Origin: an uncultured Myxococcales bacterium
Lineage (GTDB): Bacteria; Myxococcota_A; UBA9042; DTJE01
DNA: 64,000 nt
Direction of reading: 5' to 3'
NCBI GenBank assembly: GCA_937975765.1
Contig: CALJUR010000121.1
Span: 92,296-156,295, forward strand
Shown here: piece by piece, positions 17,899 through 26,653 of the stretch
Layout: each line of letters opens with the position of its first letter
Numbering within the stretch: the first letter of the stretch is position 1
Position numbers and translations under genes: made by a program
Notes under the pieces: model-generated
Seen by the model: only the letters and a program-made list of their open reading frames with translations
What the model was told of the DNA's origin: nothing
The model's database searches: none

Positions 17899-19272
17899 TC
17901 AATTGCGAAGGGCGGTGAGGGGGGCCGGGATGCGCCCCCCCAGGCGGATGAAGCCGGACGAGTCGAAGGGCTTCACGTCCATCACGATCAGTTCGCCCAG
18001 CAGGCCGCCCAGGTCCACGGTCTGAAGCGCGCGGGCGCCCGGCACCGGGATGATGCGACAGGCCGTGGTCTTGTTGTTGATGACGCCGATGGCCAGTTCG
18101 TCCGCGATGATGGCCGCGATCGTCTCGGGCGGCGTGTCGCCCGGGATCGCGACCATGTCCAGGCCGACGCTGCAGATCGCGGTCATCGCCTCCAGCTTGT
18201 CCAGCGTCAGCGCGCCCAGCCGCGTGGCATCGACCATCCCGGCATCCTCGCTGACCGGGATGAACGCGCCGGACAGGCCGCCGACCGACGACGAGGCCAT
18301 GATGCCGCCCTTCTTGACCGCCTCGGTCAGCAGGTACAGGGCCGCGGTGGTGCCGTGCGTACCGGCCTTCTCCAGGCCCATGGCCACCAGGATGTCCGCG
18401 ACGGAGTCGCCCTGGGCCGGGGTGGGCGCCAGCGAAAGGTCCACCACGCCGAACTGCACGGGGGGGCCCAGCCGGGCCACGACCTGCCGGCCGATCAACT
18501 CGCCGGCGCGGGTGATCTTGAACGCCATCCTCTTGATCGTCTCGGACAGCGTCGTGTAGTCCATGTGCTGTTCCAGGCGCTTCTGTCGCTCGATGGCCGC
18601 CAGCACGACGCCCGGGCCGGACACGCCGACGTTCAGCACGACGCCCGGCTCGCCGACGCCGTGCATGGCGCCCGCGATGAAGGGGTTGTCCTCGGGGGCA
18701 TTGGCGAACACCACCAGCCGCGCGCAGCCGGCCCCGTGCTGGGTCTTGCGGGACGTCTCGGACATCACGCGGCCCATCAGGGCGACCGCCTCCATGTTGA
18801 TGCCGGCCTTCGTGGTGGCCAGGTTGACGCTGCAGCAGACGCGGGTCGTCGCGGCCAGCACGTCGGGAATGGATCGCATCAACTGGGCGTCGCCGGGCGT
18901 GGCGCCCTTGTGCACCAGCGCCGAGTAGCCGGCGATGTAGTCGATGCCGATCTCCAGGGCGGCCTTCTCCAGGGCCGTCGCGGCGGCCAGGTACGACTCG
19001 GGCGGCGCGCCTTCCAGCACCAGGGACATCGGCGTCACCGACACGCGCTTGTTGACGATCGGGATGCCGAACATCTCCTCGACCTCGGAGGCGGCGGCGC
19101 GCAGGCGCCCGGCGCTGTCCACCACCCGGCGGAAGACGAAGTCGGCAACGGTCCCGGGGTCCTTGCCCGGGCAGCCCAGCATGCAGATGCCCATCGTGAC
19201 GGTCCGGATGTCGAGGTGCTCGGCCTCGACCATCCGCAGCGTCTCCTTGACCTCCTCGGGGCGGTACAGCAC
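17899..19272 (-). CDS. UPF0210 / DUF711 PFL-like family protein
   Basis: It is full length (~457 aa) with the conserved N-terminus ...ETLRMVEAEHLDIRTVTMGI and Gly-rich cores. The start is a GTG with AGGAGG 7 nt upstream. Confidence 0.8.
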   Translation of the reverse strand: MLYRPEEVKETLRMVEAEHLDIRTVTMGICMLGCPGKDPGTVADFVFRRVVDSAGRLRAAASEVEEMFGIPIVNKRVSVTPMSLVLEGAPPESYLAAATALEKAALEIGIDYIAGYSALVHKGATPGDAQLMRSIPDVLAATTRVCCSVNLATTKAGINMEAVALMGRVMSETSRKTQHGAGCARLVVFANAPEDNPFIAGAMHGVGEPGVVLNVGVSGPGVVLAAIERQKRLEQHMDYTTLSETIKRMAFKITRAGELIGRQVVARLGPPVQFGVVDLSLAPTPAQGDSVADILVAMGLEKAGTHGTTAALYLLTEAVKKGGIMASSSVGGLSGAFIPVSEDAGMVDATRLGALTLDKLEAMTAICSVGLDMVAIPGDTPPETIAAIIADELAIGVINNKTTACRIIPVPGARALQTVDLGGLLGELIVMDVKPFDSSGFIRLGGRIPAPLTALRN

Positions 19273-19323
19273 GAATAGCCTCCTGGGCGACGCCGGCCGG
19301 CCGTCAAGCGCCGGCCGCGTGAA

Positions 19324-19956
19324 TCACGGGCGGTGCATGGCCTGAAGGATCGCCTCGTGGATGCAGACGACCTCGGCCCCGACGGCCTTGCCCGCGGCCT
19401 CCAGTTTCTCCTTGAAGGCCTTGAAGGACATGCCGCCCTTCAGCGTGTCGAGGTTCAGCACGAAGATCATGCTGAAGAAGTCGCTGACGATCGTCTGGCT
19501 GATGTCCTGGATGTCCACGCCGCACTCGCTGATCGCCTGGGTCATCGCGGACGCGATGCCGGGGCGGTTGCGGCCGGTGGCGACCACGACGGCGCGCTGG
19601 GGCTCGCCCGCCTTCGCCTCGGCCAGCCGCGACGCGGTGTCGGGCGCGGCCAGCGGCGAGTGGGGCGGGATGACCCGGGCGGCCTGGGCGGACATCTCGG
19701 CCATCACCCTGGCGACCTGGGAGGTCACAGCCTGCCGAAGCGCCTCGTCGGACTCGGAGCCCTTGCGCCCGGTGGAGGGGTCGCGCGGAAGGTCCTCGGC
19801 CGACGGCACCGAGCCGCCCGCGTAGACCAGCCGGATCCCCTGCCGCGACGCGTACTCCCGGGCCAGCGGCGTCACGATCATCCCGCGGACGACCTCGACC
19901 ACGCCGTTCTTCGCCAGGGATTCGATCTCGGACTCGGTGACGATCTTCCGGTTCAC
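19324..19956 (-). CDS. ACT-domain protein (UPF0237-like C-terminus) with an uncharacterised ~80-aa N-terminal domain
   Basis: The C-terminal ACT reads AVVVATGRNRPGIASAMTQAISECGVDIQDISQTIVSDFFSMIFVLNL. The N-terminal IVTESEIESLAKNG...MIVTPLAREYASRQGIRLV is unassigned. A GTG start at 19956 lies 14 nt after the EutN-like stop, with an AGG upstream. Confidence 0.6.
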   Translation of the reverse strand: MNRKIVTESEIESLAKNGVVEVVRGMIVTPLAREYASRQGIRLVYAGGSVPSAEDLPRDPSTGRKGSESDEALRQAVTSQVARVMAEMSAQAARVIPPHSPLAAPDTASRLAEAKAGEPQRAVVVATGRNRPGIASAMTQAISECGVDIQDISQTIVSDFFSMIFVLNLDTLKGGMSFKAFKEKLEAAGKAVGAEVVCIHEAILQAMHRP

Positions 19957-19970
19957 GGGAAACCTCGCGT

Positions 19971-20321
19971 TCAGTCCGCGGGCACCGGCGGGACCACGTG
20001 GAACCGGTCCACGATGGCGACGACCGCGGCATCGATGGGGAAGCGGGGGGCCTCGCCGGCCTGCAGTTCCGGCTGGATGCCCACGCGGGCGGCATGTCCG
20101 TAGGCAATGACCACGTCCTCGCCGGGGCCCGCGCCCAGCACGTCGGCCACCACCACGCCGTCGTTCAGTCCCTTCGGGGGCACGCCCTCGTCCGCGGTGC
20201 GGCCTTCCGACCGGACCAGGTCGTCCAGGTGGTACGGGCGGACCAGCAGCAGCCTGAGGCCCTGCAGCCCTTCCCACTTCACCGACGACCAGACCGTCCC
20301 GACGACCCGCGCCATGAACAT
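19971..20321 (-). CDS. EutN/CcmL/PduN-family protein (microcompartment vertex pentamer fold, BMC-P)
   Basis: MARVVGTVWSSVKWEGLQGLRLLLVRP...VVADVLGAGPGEDVVIAYGHAARVG...FPIDAAVVAIVDRFH aligns to E. coli EutN (KLLLVR, VGAG.GE, FDAAVMAIID). GAGGGGGA lies upstream of the ATG. Confidence 0.7.
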   Translation of the reverse strand: MFMARVVGTVWSSVKWEGLQGLRLLLVRPYHLDDLVRSEGRTADEGVPPKGLNDGVVVADVLGAGPGEDVVIAYGHAARVGIQPELQAGEAPRFPIDAAVVAIVDRFHVVPPVPAD

Positions 20322-20412
20322 CGCGTCCCCCTCGGCGGCCGCGCGGGCGTGCCCGCCGCGAACCCGGCGGAAGGTTCCCACGGGGAAGGCGCGGTGTCAA
20401 CGATGCGAGGGG

Positions 20413-20652
20413 TCAGCCCTCCAGTCGGATGATGTTGCAGGTGATGGTCCGCAGCACGCCGTCGATCATCTGGATCTTCGCGTAGGACACCCGCCCCAGG
20501 GCGTTGATGTCGTCCGCCTCGATCCGGGCGATCACGTCGAACTGCCCGGTCACGGCATCGCAGGCCTTGACCTCGGGAATCTGCCGCAGGGCCGAGAGGA
20601 TCCTGGAAATGCTGCCGGAGGCCGCCTCGATCAGAACGTACGCCGACGTCAT
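20413..20652 (-). CDS. stand-alone Lrp/AsnC C-terminal (RAM) ligand-binding domain protein
   Basis: The 79-aa product is MTSAYVLIEAASGSISRILSALRQIPEVKACDAVTGQFDVIARIEADD. AGGAGGGG lies 4 nt upstream of the ATG. Confidence 0.7.
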   Translation of the reverse strand: MTSAYVLIEAASGSISRILSALRQIPEVKACDAVTGQFDVIARIEADDINALGRVSYAKIQMIDGVLRTITCNIIRLEG

Positions 20653-20693
20653 GGTCCCCTCCTGCGCGAGTCGCCGACCCGGGTCCCCCCGCG

Positions 20694-22361
20694 TCAGCCG
20701 CCCTTCTTGAAGAGGCCGACGACGCGGTCCACCAGGGAAGTACGGGTCTTTTGAAAACTCATCTTAGGCCCGGCGGCGCGGGACCGCAAGAGATCCTTCA
20801 GCGCGCGGGCCTCGGCGTGCTCGGGATCCAGCGACAGGGCGTGGCGGATCCGCTCGCGCGCCTCGTCCAGCCGGCCCTCCAGCCGGTCGATGGTGGCCAG
20901 GCACACCAGGCCTTCCACCAGGTCCGGCTCGGACCTCAGGGCATCCTCGGCCAGGCCGCGGGCCTGCTGCAGGTGGTTCGCCGAGGGGGTCATGGCCAGG
21001 ATCGCGAACGCCTGGAAGACCTTGTACTCGGGCTCGTTGGGATCCTGCCGCAGCGCCGCCTCGAACTGGGACAGGGCCTCCGCGGGATGGCGGGCCGGCA
21101 TCTGCTCGACGCCCGACCGCCACAGGGCCCGGGCCTCGGCGATCTCGACGATGCGGCTGTCCAGCGAGGGGGTGGAGATGCCCAGCTGCCGGTTGTACGA
21201 ACTGCGCCGGACCCGGTCGGTCAGGACGTCGCGGACCGAGTCCAGGTGGCGGTGGATCCGGTCCAGGAACTCCAGCGATTCGGCCGGGACCACGCCCTCG
21301 TACTTGGCCCGGGCGAACTGGGCCCTGGCCCGCAGGTAGGCGGCCTGGATGGCCGACTCGCGGGCGTCGATCGGGACCCCCAGCGCCTCGTAGTGGTTCC
21401 GGTTGCGCAACTCGTTCCAGGCGTTGCGAAGCTCCTTCTCGAACGGGTTCGAGACGCCGGCCAGCTGGATCGATTCCTGCGGCCCGATCCAGGCGGGCCG
21501 CTGGGGCCGCTCGGGCGGCGGCTTGCGGGCGCTGGCCTGCGAGACCGGCGGGGGCGGTGGGGGCGGGATCCGATCCACCTGCGGGGAAGGCGGGCGGGGC
21601 GATGCATCCGACGGCGGCTTCGACGAGGTCCCGGCCGCCGGGCCGTGCCCTGCCGGCGACGCTCCCGACGGGGGCCGGCTGCCCGTGGCCGGCGCGTGCA
21701 GCAGCCCCGCGACGATCAGCGCGAACAGGATGCGCACCGTGTCCTCGTGCTCCTGCATCTCCGGGGTCAGCCCGTCCGTCCTCCCCAGGCGCAGGACATG
21801 CAGCGCGGGCACGTCGCCGACGTGGCTCTTGACCTGGGACAACGCGAACTCGAAGTCCGGCGCCATCACCAGGGGGCCGCCGGACAGCATCCTCTGGACC
21901 ACCTGCCGCAGTTCGGTCAGCGGGCCGTCCCGCGACACCGCGCGCAGGAGTTCCGGGAAGGGGTCCACGGGGTGGTCGGACACCACGCCGCTGAGCATCG
22001 GGATCGGGGTGAACTCCCATCCCGTGGCGGGCAGGCCCAGGATCCGGGCCAGCACGCTGCGCGCGTACGATCCGTGCAGCTTGGACGCGTCCTCGGGCCG
22101 GATCACCCCGGCATCGACCAGCCGTCGCGTCGAGGCGAGGCGCTCGGCAGCGGCCGGATCGGGCACCATCCGGGCCCGGACCAGGTAGGCGCCGAAGCCC
22201 AGCGCGGAATCCTCGGATTCCGCCTGGAAGATCCGGCCCTTCGAAAGACCCAGGGTCACGGGTCCGGCCGAGGTCGCAAGATCCAGGTGGCCGGAAACCG
22301 ACTTGGCCTCCAGCCCCCTCAGCAGCCGGTAAAGACCCCAGGGCGGGATCGGCCCCCCCAC
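20694..22361 (-). CDS. DUF4388 + J-domain-like + TPR protein
   Basis: The N-terminal DUF4388 reads LYRLLRGLEAKSVSGHLDLAT. A Pro-rich linker follows. A DnaJ-like segment (HYEALGVPIDARESAIQAAYLRA) and C-terminal TPR repeats complete it. The start is a GTG with GGAGGGA upstream. Confidence 0.6.
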   Translation of the reverse strand: MGGPIPPWGLYRLLRGLEAKSVSGHLDLATSAGPVTLGLSKGRIFQAESEDSALGFGAYLVRARMVPDPAAAERLASTRRLVDAGVIRPEDASKLHGSYARSVLARILGLPATGWEFTPIPMLSGVVSDHPVDPFPELLRAVSRDGPLTELRQVVQRMLSGGPLVMAPDFEFALSQVKSHVGDVPALHVLRLGRTDGLTPEMQEHEDTVRILFALIVAGLLHAPATGSRPPSGASPAGHGPAAGTSSKPPSDASPRPPSPQVDRIPPPPPPPVSQASARKPPPERPQRPAWIGPQESIQLAGVSNPFEKELRNAWNELRNRNHYEALGVPIDARESAIQAAYLRARAQFARAKYEGVVPAESLEFLDRIHRHLDSVRDVLTDRVRRSSYNRQLGISTPSLDSRIVEIAEARALWRSGVEQMPARHPAEALSQFEAALRQDPNEPEYKVFQAFAILAMTPSANHLQQARGLAEDALRSEPDLVEGLVCLATIDRLEGRLDEARERIRHALSLDPEHAEARALKDLLRSRAAGPKMSFQKTRTSLVDRVVGLFKKGG

Positions 22362-22488
22362 GCGTCCCTCCGCAACGCACTCGGTATTGCAGTCTACCCC
22401 AGGGGACGACGCCCGGGCAAACGCGGAACCCGGACCGGCGGGAAGCAGGGGACACCCCGGCCCCGGGGCACGAGTCGACCCGGGTCGT

Positions 22489-25400
22489 TCAGGCGGAGAA
22501 GTACCGCGCCCGGGGATGATGGAAGACCAGGGCCGAGGTGGACTGCTCGGGCACCATCTGCAGCGTAGGCGACAGGGACACGCCCACGCGATCCGCCCCC
22601 AGCAACCGCAGCAGCGGGACCTGGCCGCCCAGGTCGGGGCATGCCGGGTACCCGAACGAGTACCGGCAACCGCGATAGTCCTTGCGCAGCACGGCGGCGG
22701 GGTCCGGCACGTCCCCGTCGGCGATGCCCCAGTCCTTTCGCAGGCGGTGGTGCAGCAGTTCGGCGGTCGCCTCGGCGATCTCGACCGACAGCCCGTGCAG
22801 ATAGAGGTACTCGGCGAACTCCCCGGCCTCGAACAGGGCCTTTTCGCGCGCGGACGCCGCGGCGCCGCAGGTCGCCAGCTGGAAGCCCAGCACATCCCTG
22901 GTGCCGGAGGCCAGGGGCAGCACGAAGTCGGCCAGGCACAGGTGCGGGGGCCGGGCCTGCCGCGGGAACGCGAAGCGGGCCACCTCCCGGGCGCCGTCGG
23001 GCGCGAAGACCACCACGGAATCCCCGTCGGCGTTGGCCGGAAGGAAGCCCCGGATGCCGGCGGGACGCAAGGTGCCGTCGGCCGAATACCGGAGCAGCCT
23101 CTCGTGCAGCATCGGTTCCAGTTGCCCGTCCACCAGCCGCTGCCACTCGGCGTCGGAGCGGTTCCCCTTGCGGAACTGCCACTGCATCCGGAACAGGGAG
23201 GTGCGGTTGACGAAGCGGGCCACCTCCTCGATCGGCAGCGGGTCCTCGACCCTCATGCCCAGGAAGGGCACCGGCGGCACGGCCTCCACCGGGGGGACCT
23301 CCTCGCGGGTGCCGGGGCGGGGAGGCACCTCGGGACAAGGCGTCGCGACGCGGGCCGGCGGCACCGGCGGGGCGCCCGAGGCCAGGGCTTCCATCGCCCG
23401 CAGGCCATCGAAGGCGTCGCCGCAATACGTGACCGGCCCGTCGTACCGCGGGGCCAGATCCTCCTCGACGAAGCGCCGGGTGAGGGCCGCCCCGCCCAGC
23501 AGGACCGGCGTCTTCAGGCCGCGGCGCTGCATCTCGACCAGGTCGTCCCGCATCACGACGGTGGACTTGACCAGCAGCCCGGACAGGCCGATGGCATCCG
23601 CGCCCTCGCGCTGCGCGGCCTCGAGGATCGCCTCGACCGTCTGCCGGATGCCCAGGTTCACCACCCGGTAGCCGTTGTTGGACAGCAGGATGTCCACCAG
23701 GTTCTTGCCGATGTCGTGCACGTCCCCGGCGACCGTGGCCAGCACCAGCGTTGCCTTGGCGACGTCGTCCGACCTCTCCATCCGGGGTTCCATGTGGCGC
23801 ACGGCGGCCTTCATCACCTCGGCGGATCGCAGCACGAACGGCAGTTGCATCTCGCCGCGCCCGAAGCGGTCGCCGACCTCCTTCATCGCGGGCAGCAGGA
23901 CCTGGGTGACGATCGCCATCGGCGCGCGCGCATGCAGTTCCTCGTCCAGGGTCTCGGCGAGGCCCGAACGGTCGCCCCGCAGCACCGCGCGGTGCAGGCG
24001 CTGGGCGGCGGTCAGGGTCGCGGCGACCGGGCCGCCCTCCGCGTCGGGGGTCCCCTCGAACGCCCGCAGGAAGGCCTCCAGCGGGTCGCCCCCGTCCGTG
24101 CGCGCGAACACCAGGTCGTCGGCCAGGCGCCGCTGGGCCGCGGGGATCTCGCCCAGGGGCAGGACGCGGCCCGCGTTCAGGATGGCGGCATCCAGGCCCG
24201 CCTCGACGGCGTGCTGCAGGAACACGCTGTTCAGCACCCGGCGCGCGGCCGGCGACAGGCCGAACGAGCAGTTGCTGACGCCCAGGCTGGTGAACACGCC
24301 GGGGATCTCGGCCTTGACGCGACGCACCGCCTGGAGCGTACGCACCCCCGCGTCGCGCAGCGCCGGGTCGCCCGACCCCAGCGTGAAGGTCAGCACGTCC
24401 ACGAACAGGTCGGCCGGCGCGAAGCCGTGTACCGTCACCAGCCGGTCCACCAGGCGCTTCGCGACCTCGACCTTCCGGTCGACCGTCATCGCCATGCCGG
24501 CCTCGTCGATCGTCAGCGCGACCAGCGCCGCGCCGTGCCGGCGGGCCAGCGCCGCCACCCGGTCCAGCCGCGCGCCACCGTCCTCCAGGTTCACGGAGTT
24601 GAGCACCGCCCGGCCCGGCCAGGCCTCCAGCGCGGCCTGCATCGCGTCGAACTCGGTCGAATCGCAGACCAGCGGCGCCTCGGCCACCTCCCGCAGCCGC
24701 GGCACGAAGGCCCGGGCGTCGGCGGCCTCGTCCCGCCCCACCATGGCCAGGCACACGTCCAGCAGGTGCGCGCCTTCGGCCTGCTGGTCCCGGGCGATGC
24801 CCACCATGCCCTCCAGGTCGCCGGCCGCCAGCCTCTCCCGGAAGGCCTTGCTGCCGTTGGCGTTGGTCCGCTCGCCCAGGATCAGCGGCCGCGGTTCCTG
24901 CGCGAAGGGGACCGCCGAGAACAGCGAGGAGGCGGCCGCGGGAAGCACCGGACTGCGGGCCCCGACCGTCGCCCCGCGCAGGGCATCGACCAGCGCCGCG
25001 ATGTGCGCGGGGGTCGTGCCGCAGCAGCCGCCCGCGAAGGCGACGCCCAGTTCCGTCACGAAGCCCGCCACGTGGCGCGCGAAGTCCGCGGGCGTCAGCC
25101 GGTAGGTCAGCACGCCGCCGACGTTCTCGGGCAGGCCGGCGTTCGGCAGCACGACCAGTGGTAGCGGGCAGGCGCGGGCCAGTTCGGCCAGCACGTGATG
25201 CATGTCCTCGGGGCCGGTCGCGCAGTTGATGCCGAAGGCCGACACGCCCGGCAGGCCGGCCAGCGACACGACCGCCGCCAGCGGGTCCGTGCCCAGCAGC
25301 ATCGTGCCGTTCCGGTCGAAGGTCACCTGCACGAACAGCGGCACCTCGCGCCCGGCCGCGGCCATCGCCTCCCGGGCCGCCAGCACCGCGATCCGGGCCT

Positions 25401-25893
25401 GCAGCGGGTCCTGGCACGTCTCGACCTGGACCAGGTCCACGCCGCCTTCCAGCAGCCCGGCGACCTGCTCCCGGTAGCAGGCCAGCATCCCGGGAAAGCC
25501 GATCTGGCCCAGCGAGGGCAGCCGCGTGCCCGGCCCGACCGATCCCGACACGTAGCGGGGCCACTCCGGGGACGAACACTCGTCCGCGACCTGCCGCGCC
25601 AGGAGCGCCGAGGCCAGGGACAGTTCGCGGGCGCGCCCTTCCTGGCCGTACTCGCGCAGCACGATCGCGTTGGCCCCGAAGGAGTTCGTCTCGATGACGT
25701 CGGCGCCGGCCCGCAGGTAGGCCCGGTGGATGTCCCGGATCACGTCGGGCCGCGTGACGGACAGGATCTCGTTCAGTCCCTCGCGGCCGCCGAAGTCCGC
25801 CGCGGTCAGCGAGCGCCCCTGGATCTCGGTGCCCATCGCGCCGTCGAACACGACGGGACGGCGGCGGGCCAGTTCCAGCAGTGCGTGGTCCAT
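22489..25893 (-). CDS. metH: cobalamin-dependent methionine synthase
   Basis: The full 1134-aa four-module architecture is present: Hcy-binding (GINC, GGCCGT), pterin-binding, B12-binding (DxHxxG as GDVHDIGKN) and AdoMet-activation domains. The upstream in-frame extension up to 28092 is antisense to the kinase gene and is rejected. Confidence 0.92.
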   Translation of the reverse strand: MDHALLELARRRPVVFDGAMGTEIQGRSLTAADFGGREGLNEILSVTRPDVIRDIHRAYLRAGADVIETNSFGANAIVLREYGQEGRARELSLASALLARQVADECSSPEWPRYVSGSVGPGTRLPSLGQIGFPGMLACYREQVAGLLEGGVDLVQVETCQDPLQARIAVLAAREAMAAAGREVPLFVQVTFDRNGTMLLGTDPLAAVVSLAGLPGVSAFGINCATGPEDMHHVLAELARACPLPLVVLPNAGLPENVGGVLTYRLTPADFARHVAGFVTELGVAFAGGCCGTTPAHIAALVDALRGATVGARSPVLPAAASSLFSAVPFAQEPRPLILGERTNANGSKAFRERLAAGDLEGMVGIARDQQAEGAHLLDVCLAMVGRDEAADARAFVPRLREVAEAPLVCDSTEFDAMQAALEAWPGRAVLNSVNLEDGGARLDRVAALARRHGAALVALTIDEAGMAMTVDRKVEVAKRLVDRLVTVHGFAPADLFVDVLTFTLGSGDPALRDAGVRTLQAVRRVKAEIPGVFTSLGVSNCSFGLSPAARRVLNSVFLQHAVEAGLDAAILNAGRVLPLGEIPAAQRRLADDLVFARTDGGDPLEAFLRAFEGTPDAEGGPVAATLTAAQRLHRAVLRGDRSGLAETLDEELHARAPMAIVTQVLLPAMKEVGDRFGRGEMQLPFVLRSAEVMKAAVRHMEPRMERSDDVAKATLVLATVAGDVHDIGKNLVDILLSNNGYRVVNLGIRQTVEAILEAAQREGADAIGLSGLLVKSTVVMRDDLVEMQRRGLKTPVLLGGAALTRRFVEEDLAPRYDGPVTYCGDAFDGLRAMEALASGAPPVPPARVATPCPEVPPRPGTREEVPPVEAVPPVPFLGMRVEDPLPIEEVARFVNRTSLFRMQWQFRKGNRSDAEWQRLVDGQLEPMLHERLLRYSADGTLRPAGIRGFLPANADGDSVVVFAPDGAREVARFAFPRQARPPHLCLADFVLPLASGTRDVLGFQLATCGAAASAREKALFEAGEFAEYLYLHGLSVEIAEATAELLHHRLRKDWGIADGDVPDPAAVLRKDYRGCRYSFGYPACPDLGGQVPLLRLLGADRVGVSLSPTLQMVPEQSTSALVFHHPRARYFSA

Positions 25894-26052
25894 CGGGCTC
25901 TCCCGCCAGCGGGGGCATCGTCGAATGCCTGGCCGTTCGATACCGGAACGGGGGACGGAATGCAAGCGCACGCCCGCGCGGAAAGGGCTCCTTGCGCTCC
26001 TGGCAAGCCTCCCGTATCGTGGAGGCGACAGCCCCGATCCCGGGAGGTCCGG

Positions 26053-26610
26053 ATGTTCAGGAGCCTGGCCCCCTGCTTCCTGCTGTCCACGCCGCCGCTG
26101 ACGGACCCGCACTTCCGGCAGACCGTGGTGCTGCTGTTCGCGCACACCTCCGATGGGGCGATGGGGCTGGTGGTGAACCGGCCGTCGCCCCGGTTCCTGG
26201 CCGAGGTGCTGGACGCGGCCGGGGTGGCCTGCCCCGACGCGACCCTGCGCGGCCAGCGGGTGTTCGAGGGCGGCCCGGTGCAGGCCGAGTCCGGGTGGGT
26301 CGTCTACGAGGGTCCCGACCCGAAGGGGGAGTCGTTCGCGGTGGCGGGGAACCTGCGCGTCACCGGGTCGCTGGACGTGTTCAAGGCGCTGCTGGCCGAC
26401 CCGGAGAGGGGGCGGATGATGTTCCTGCTGGGATATGCCGGCTGGGGGCCGGGCCAGCTGGACGCCGAGGTATCGGCGGCGGCGTGGCTGCCGGTCCCGG
26501 CGGACGCGGCGACGGTCTTCGAGGTGCCGGTCGAGGAGCGGTGGCGATACTCGTTCCTGGCCCAGGGGATCGACCCGAGCCTGTGGTCGCTGACCGCGGG
26601 CGAGTCGTAG
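26053..26610 (+). CDS. YqgE/AlgH family protein (UPF0301, DUF179)
   Basis: The product is MFRSLAPCFLLSTPPLTDPHFRQTVVLLFAHTSDGAMGLVVNRP...LLGYAGWGPGQL. GGGAGG lies 5 nt upstream of the ATG. Confidence 0.8.
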   Translation: MFRSLAPCFLLSTPPLTDPHFRQTVVLLFAHTSDGAMGLVVNRPSPRFLAEVLDAAGVACPDATLRGQRVFEGGPVQAESGWVVYEGPDPKGESFAVAGNLRVTGSLDVFKALLADPERGRMMFLLGYAGWGPGQLDAEVSAAAWLPVPADAATVFEVPVEERWRYSFLAQGIDPSLWSLTAGES

Positions 26611-26653
26611 GGCGCGCGCGGGCTCCCTCCCCCGTCGTGGTATCCTCCTGCCG

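Noticed and set aside
17899-20652. Interpreting the EutN/CcmL homolog as evidence of a complete bacterial microcompartment locus
   Set aside because: No BMC-H (PF00936) or BMC-T shell genes and no signature BMC enzymes (aldehyde dehydrogenase, PduL, glycyl-radical enzyme) are present in the window. It is reported as an orphan vertex homolog instead.
22362-22488. Palindrome CCCCGGCCCCGGGG downstream of metH as an intrinsic terminator
   Set aside because: The stem has only a 2-nt loop and no U-tract follows. It is too weak to call.
25894-26052. Possible cobalamin or SAM riboswitch in the metH / yqgE divergent intergenic region
   Set aside because: No B12-box or SAM-I/II consensus elements could be recognised by eye. 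metH itself is not normally riboswitch-controlled.
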